A stretch of DNA of 64,000 nt from Macrostomum hystrix (Eukaryota; Animalia; Platyhelminthes): assembly GCA_950097015.1 (NCBI GenBank), contig CATNEN010000024.1:6138001-6202000 (forward strand). The letters run 5' to 3'. Positions within the stretch are counted from its first letter, which is position 1. The number at the start of each line of letters is the position of its first letter. The notes beneath the pieces were generated by a model. The model did no database searches, was not told where the DNA came from, and saw only the letters and a program-made list of their open reading frames with translations. Below, piece by piece: positions 61,691-64,000 of this stretch. Both the position numbers and the translations under genes were made by a program.

Positions 61691-62512
61691 ATAATAATAC
61701 ACATGCATTAAAATTTTGTGTTTAATTCGAGATATCCTTAAGGGAGGGAGTAGCCAGGCCCTATATGTCGATAGCCCTTCTTTAAAAAAGACAATTTTAG
61801 TAGCATAATTCTGGTCTTTATTCACTGGCCATAGCCCATAGGCTCATAGTCCATTTTGGGGTTAAGCTGGTTGTATGCCAGAAAATGGATAGCTTGAGTA
61901 AACACTATAAATGTGTACTGCACATCAGAGTTTTTTTCTTTAATAAAGTAAAAAATATAAATGTTTATTTCCCCTAGCCTGCAGACCTATTAAATTATCT
62001 ATGAGTTATACCTTCAGGTAGATGGGTAGTTGAAAAAAGCAATTTTTTCTTGTCAAACAACCTTCCTTACTTGTTACCATTTGTGCTATATGTGCATTGA
62101 ATCCACATTGAGCACTAATTTAGGTTTGCAATAATTCAATAATTCAGTGAGGCAGCTGCATGCCAACTATGCATGCCATATTTGGTAAACAGCAACATTG
62201 CACACCCATATATTTAGGCATGTACTACATAATCCAGTTGATGGTTCACTTTGCTCTATAGGCCCCTATCTGATTTTGTTCTCTCTAGTGTTTCGAAATC
62301 ATAAAGCTGTGTACCTATTTATTATATATAAATTATAAATTATAGTTCATGTTGGTAATAAAAAATATATTTAAAATGTTATATAAAACTAGTTACAAAC
62401 TAATTTTTGGATATATGCACTGTCTGATATTTATTTTAAAAAAATAAAATCAATAAACTTTCAAATCCTCAATGTGTTTTAATATGTCCTCAATATGATA
62501 CATTAATTTTCT

Positions 62513-62781
62513 CATAGGCGTAGGAATGGGGGGACAGTGGGGCCATGGCCCCCACTTTTTAAGTTGGGGGGCCAGTAATGAGATCTGGCCCCCCCACATT
62601 TTAAATGCAAAATGTTGACTTTTTGCTTATTTTTTACTATTTTTTTACTATTTTTTACTATTTTTTACTGCAAGGGCAATATTGAAATAATAGCAATTGT
62701 CATTTTTGGGATTTTTTTCGTGGAAATGGATCCTCCCCTTGGCCTTGGCCCCCCACTTTTTTAATCATTCCTACGCCTATG
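62513..62781. mobile_element. 269-bp hAT-type MITE
   Basis: Perfect 16-bp TIR CATAGGCGTAGGAATG / CATTCCTACGCCTATG; 8-bp TSD AATTTTCT at 62505-62512 and 62782-62789. Confidence 0.92.
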
Positions 62782-62943
62782 AATTTTCTTTAAATTGATT
62801 AGCTGCCAATTTTGCATAACCCTCTCTCACTTTAAGTAGCTTTTGGGTTTTATAGATAAAACTGATTCACTGATCCTTATCAGTAGAGAGTAAAAATATG
62901 CCCTACATGAGCCTTAAACTAGCAATGACAAAACTAACAAAAA

Positions 62944-63534
62944 ATGTTCTTATCAATTCTCCAGTCATCTCCAGAGTCCACCTCTTCCTCATCATCAGCA
63001 TCAGCGCTGACTGGGGCAGGTGATGCAGAGCCAAGCCATCGATCGCTGCTGTTGCAGCGCGAGAAGCAGCGTCTACTTCATCTGCTGGATGAGCGGCTTT
63101 CCCACCTGCTGGACAAGCTGGACAATGGCGGTCCCAATACTGCGCCTCACTCTGCTGCTGATGCTGCGAAATCAGCCGGTGATAAGCGAGACTTGCCAGA
63201 GAAAGAGTTTCGTCAGCGCTGCAGTCTACTCACGGAGCTGTTCGAATTGTCTCACTTTCGCACACTTCAGAATGTCTTCATCGCCCTGATGTCAGTCTAT
63301 GGCCTGAGCACTCTTGTGTGCGATACAATGGACGGCAAGTCAATTGTTGACACCCTGTCCCTGCCGCTGCTGCGTTGGGCATTTGGCGGCCTGCCAGACG
63401 CCATCGCCATCTGGATGGTGATGCACGCCGCCGTACTTCTGATGGCCTACCCAGCGTTTCATCATTTCGCTGAAACGCCGCCACGCTCCAAAGAGTGGCG
63501 GGTCGCCTGGGTGTCTCTCTATATCGCTTTTCAG
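62944..63534 (+). CDS. SOAT1: Sterol O-acyltransferase (SOAT/ACAT, MBOAT family), first visible coding exon; gene continues beyond the window
   Basis: LPEKEFRQRCSLLTELFELSHFRTLQNVFIAL...LSTLVCD...LRWAFG resembles SOAT1 [30 protein letters not shown]...LSTLVVD...LSYAFG; donor CAG|GTGCGT at 63534. The start could instead be a splice acceptor (TTCTCCAG at ~62965). Confidence 0.85.
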
Positions 63535-63556
63535 GTGCGTAGCTTCTGCCTAGTGC

Positions 63557-64000
63557 CAGTCTTGTGCCACTTTTAGTGTCAGTCCTGTACCACTTTTAGT
63601 GTCAGTCCTGTACCACTTTTAGTGTCAGTCCTGTACCACTTTTAGTGTCAGTCCTGTACCACTTTTAGTGTCAGTCCTGTACCACTTTTAGTGCCAGTCC
63701 TGTACCACTTTTAGTGTCAGTCCTGTAGTACTTTTAGCGTCAGTCCTGTACCACTCTTAGTGTCAGTCCTGTACCACTTTTAGTGTCAGTCCTGTACCAC
63801 TTTTATTTCCAGTTCTGCACCAATTTTAGTGCCAAGCCTGTACCACTTTTAAAGCCAGTCCTGTAGTACTTTTAGTGCCAGTCCTGTAGTACTTTTAGTG
63901 CCAGTCCTGTAGTACTTTTAGTGCCAGTCCTGTAGTACTTTTAGTGCCAGTCCTGTAGTACTTTTAGTGCCAGCCCTGTAGTACTTTTAGTGCCAGTCCT
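63557..64000 (+). repeat. 23-bp tandem repeat (AGTGTCAGTCCTGTACCACTTTT)n in the SOAT intron, runs off the window
   Basis: Starts ~20 nt after the donor. Confidence 0.96.

Overview
Eukaryotic (metazoan) genomic DNA: GC-rich exons, AT-rich spacers and about 25 different micro/minisatellite arrays. This architecture is reminiscent of the flatworm Macrostomum (inference, not verified). Five spliced protein-coding units could be assembled by hand with phase-consistent GT-AG junctions: TMTC3-like O-mannosyltransferase (-, 5 exons), PTPN9/MEG2-like Sec14+PTP phosphatase (-, 3 exons), a chimeric gene carrying a near-identical inverted copy of the PTPN9 catalytic domain (+), TTLL10-like glycylase (-, 4 exons), and the first visible coding exon of a SOAT/ACAT sterol O-acyltransferase (+). 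Mobile DNA comprises two tRNA-derived SINE families (one CORE-like), a decayed RTE-like LINE, a 5'-truncated Penelope-like element ending in a minimal hammerhead ribozyme, a hAT transposase relic and MITEs. The 0-28 kb region is mostly tandem repeats, and its long ORFs are repeat artefacts. Top leads: (1) a 1038-bp DNA-level copy of the PTP domain inserted in frame into an apparent 80-aa ORF with a hydrophobic helix, so Sec14 is replaced by a possible membrane anchor; (2) a Penelope hammerhead followed by 95-bp repeats that each supply a potential substrate strand; (3) satellites built from PBX-MEIS (TGATTGACAG) and PBX-HOX (TGATTGAT) motifs; (4) introns filled almost end to end by intron-specific minisatellites. 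All analysis was by eye; array boundaries and copy numbers are approximate.
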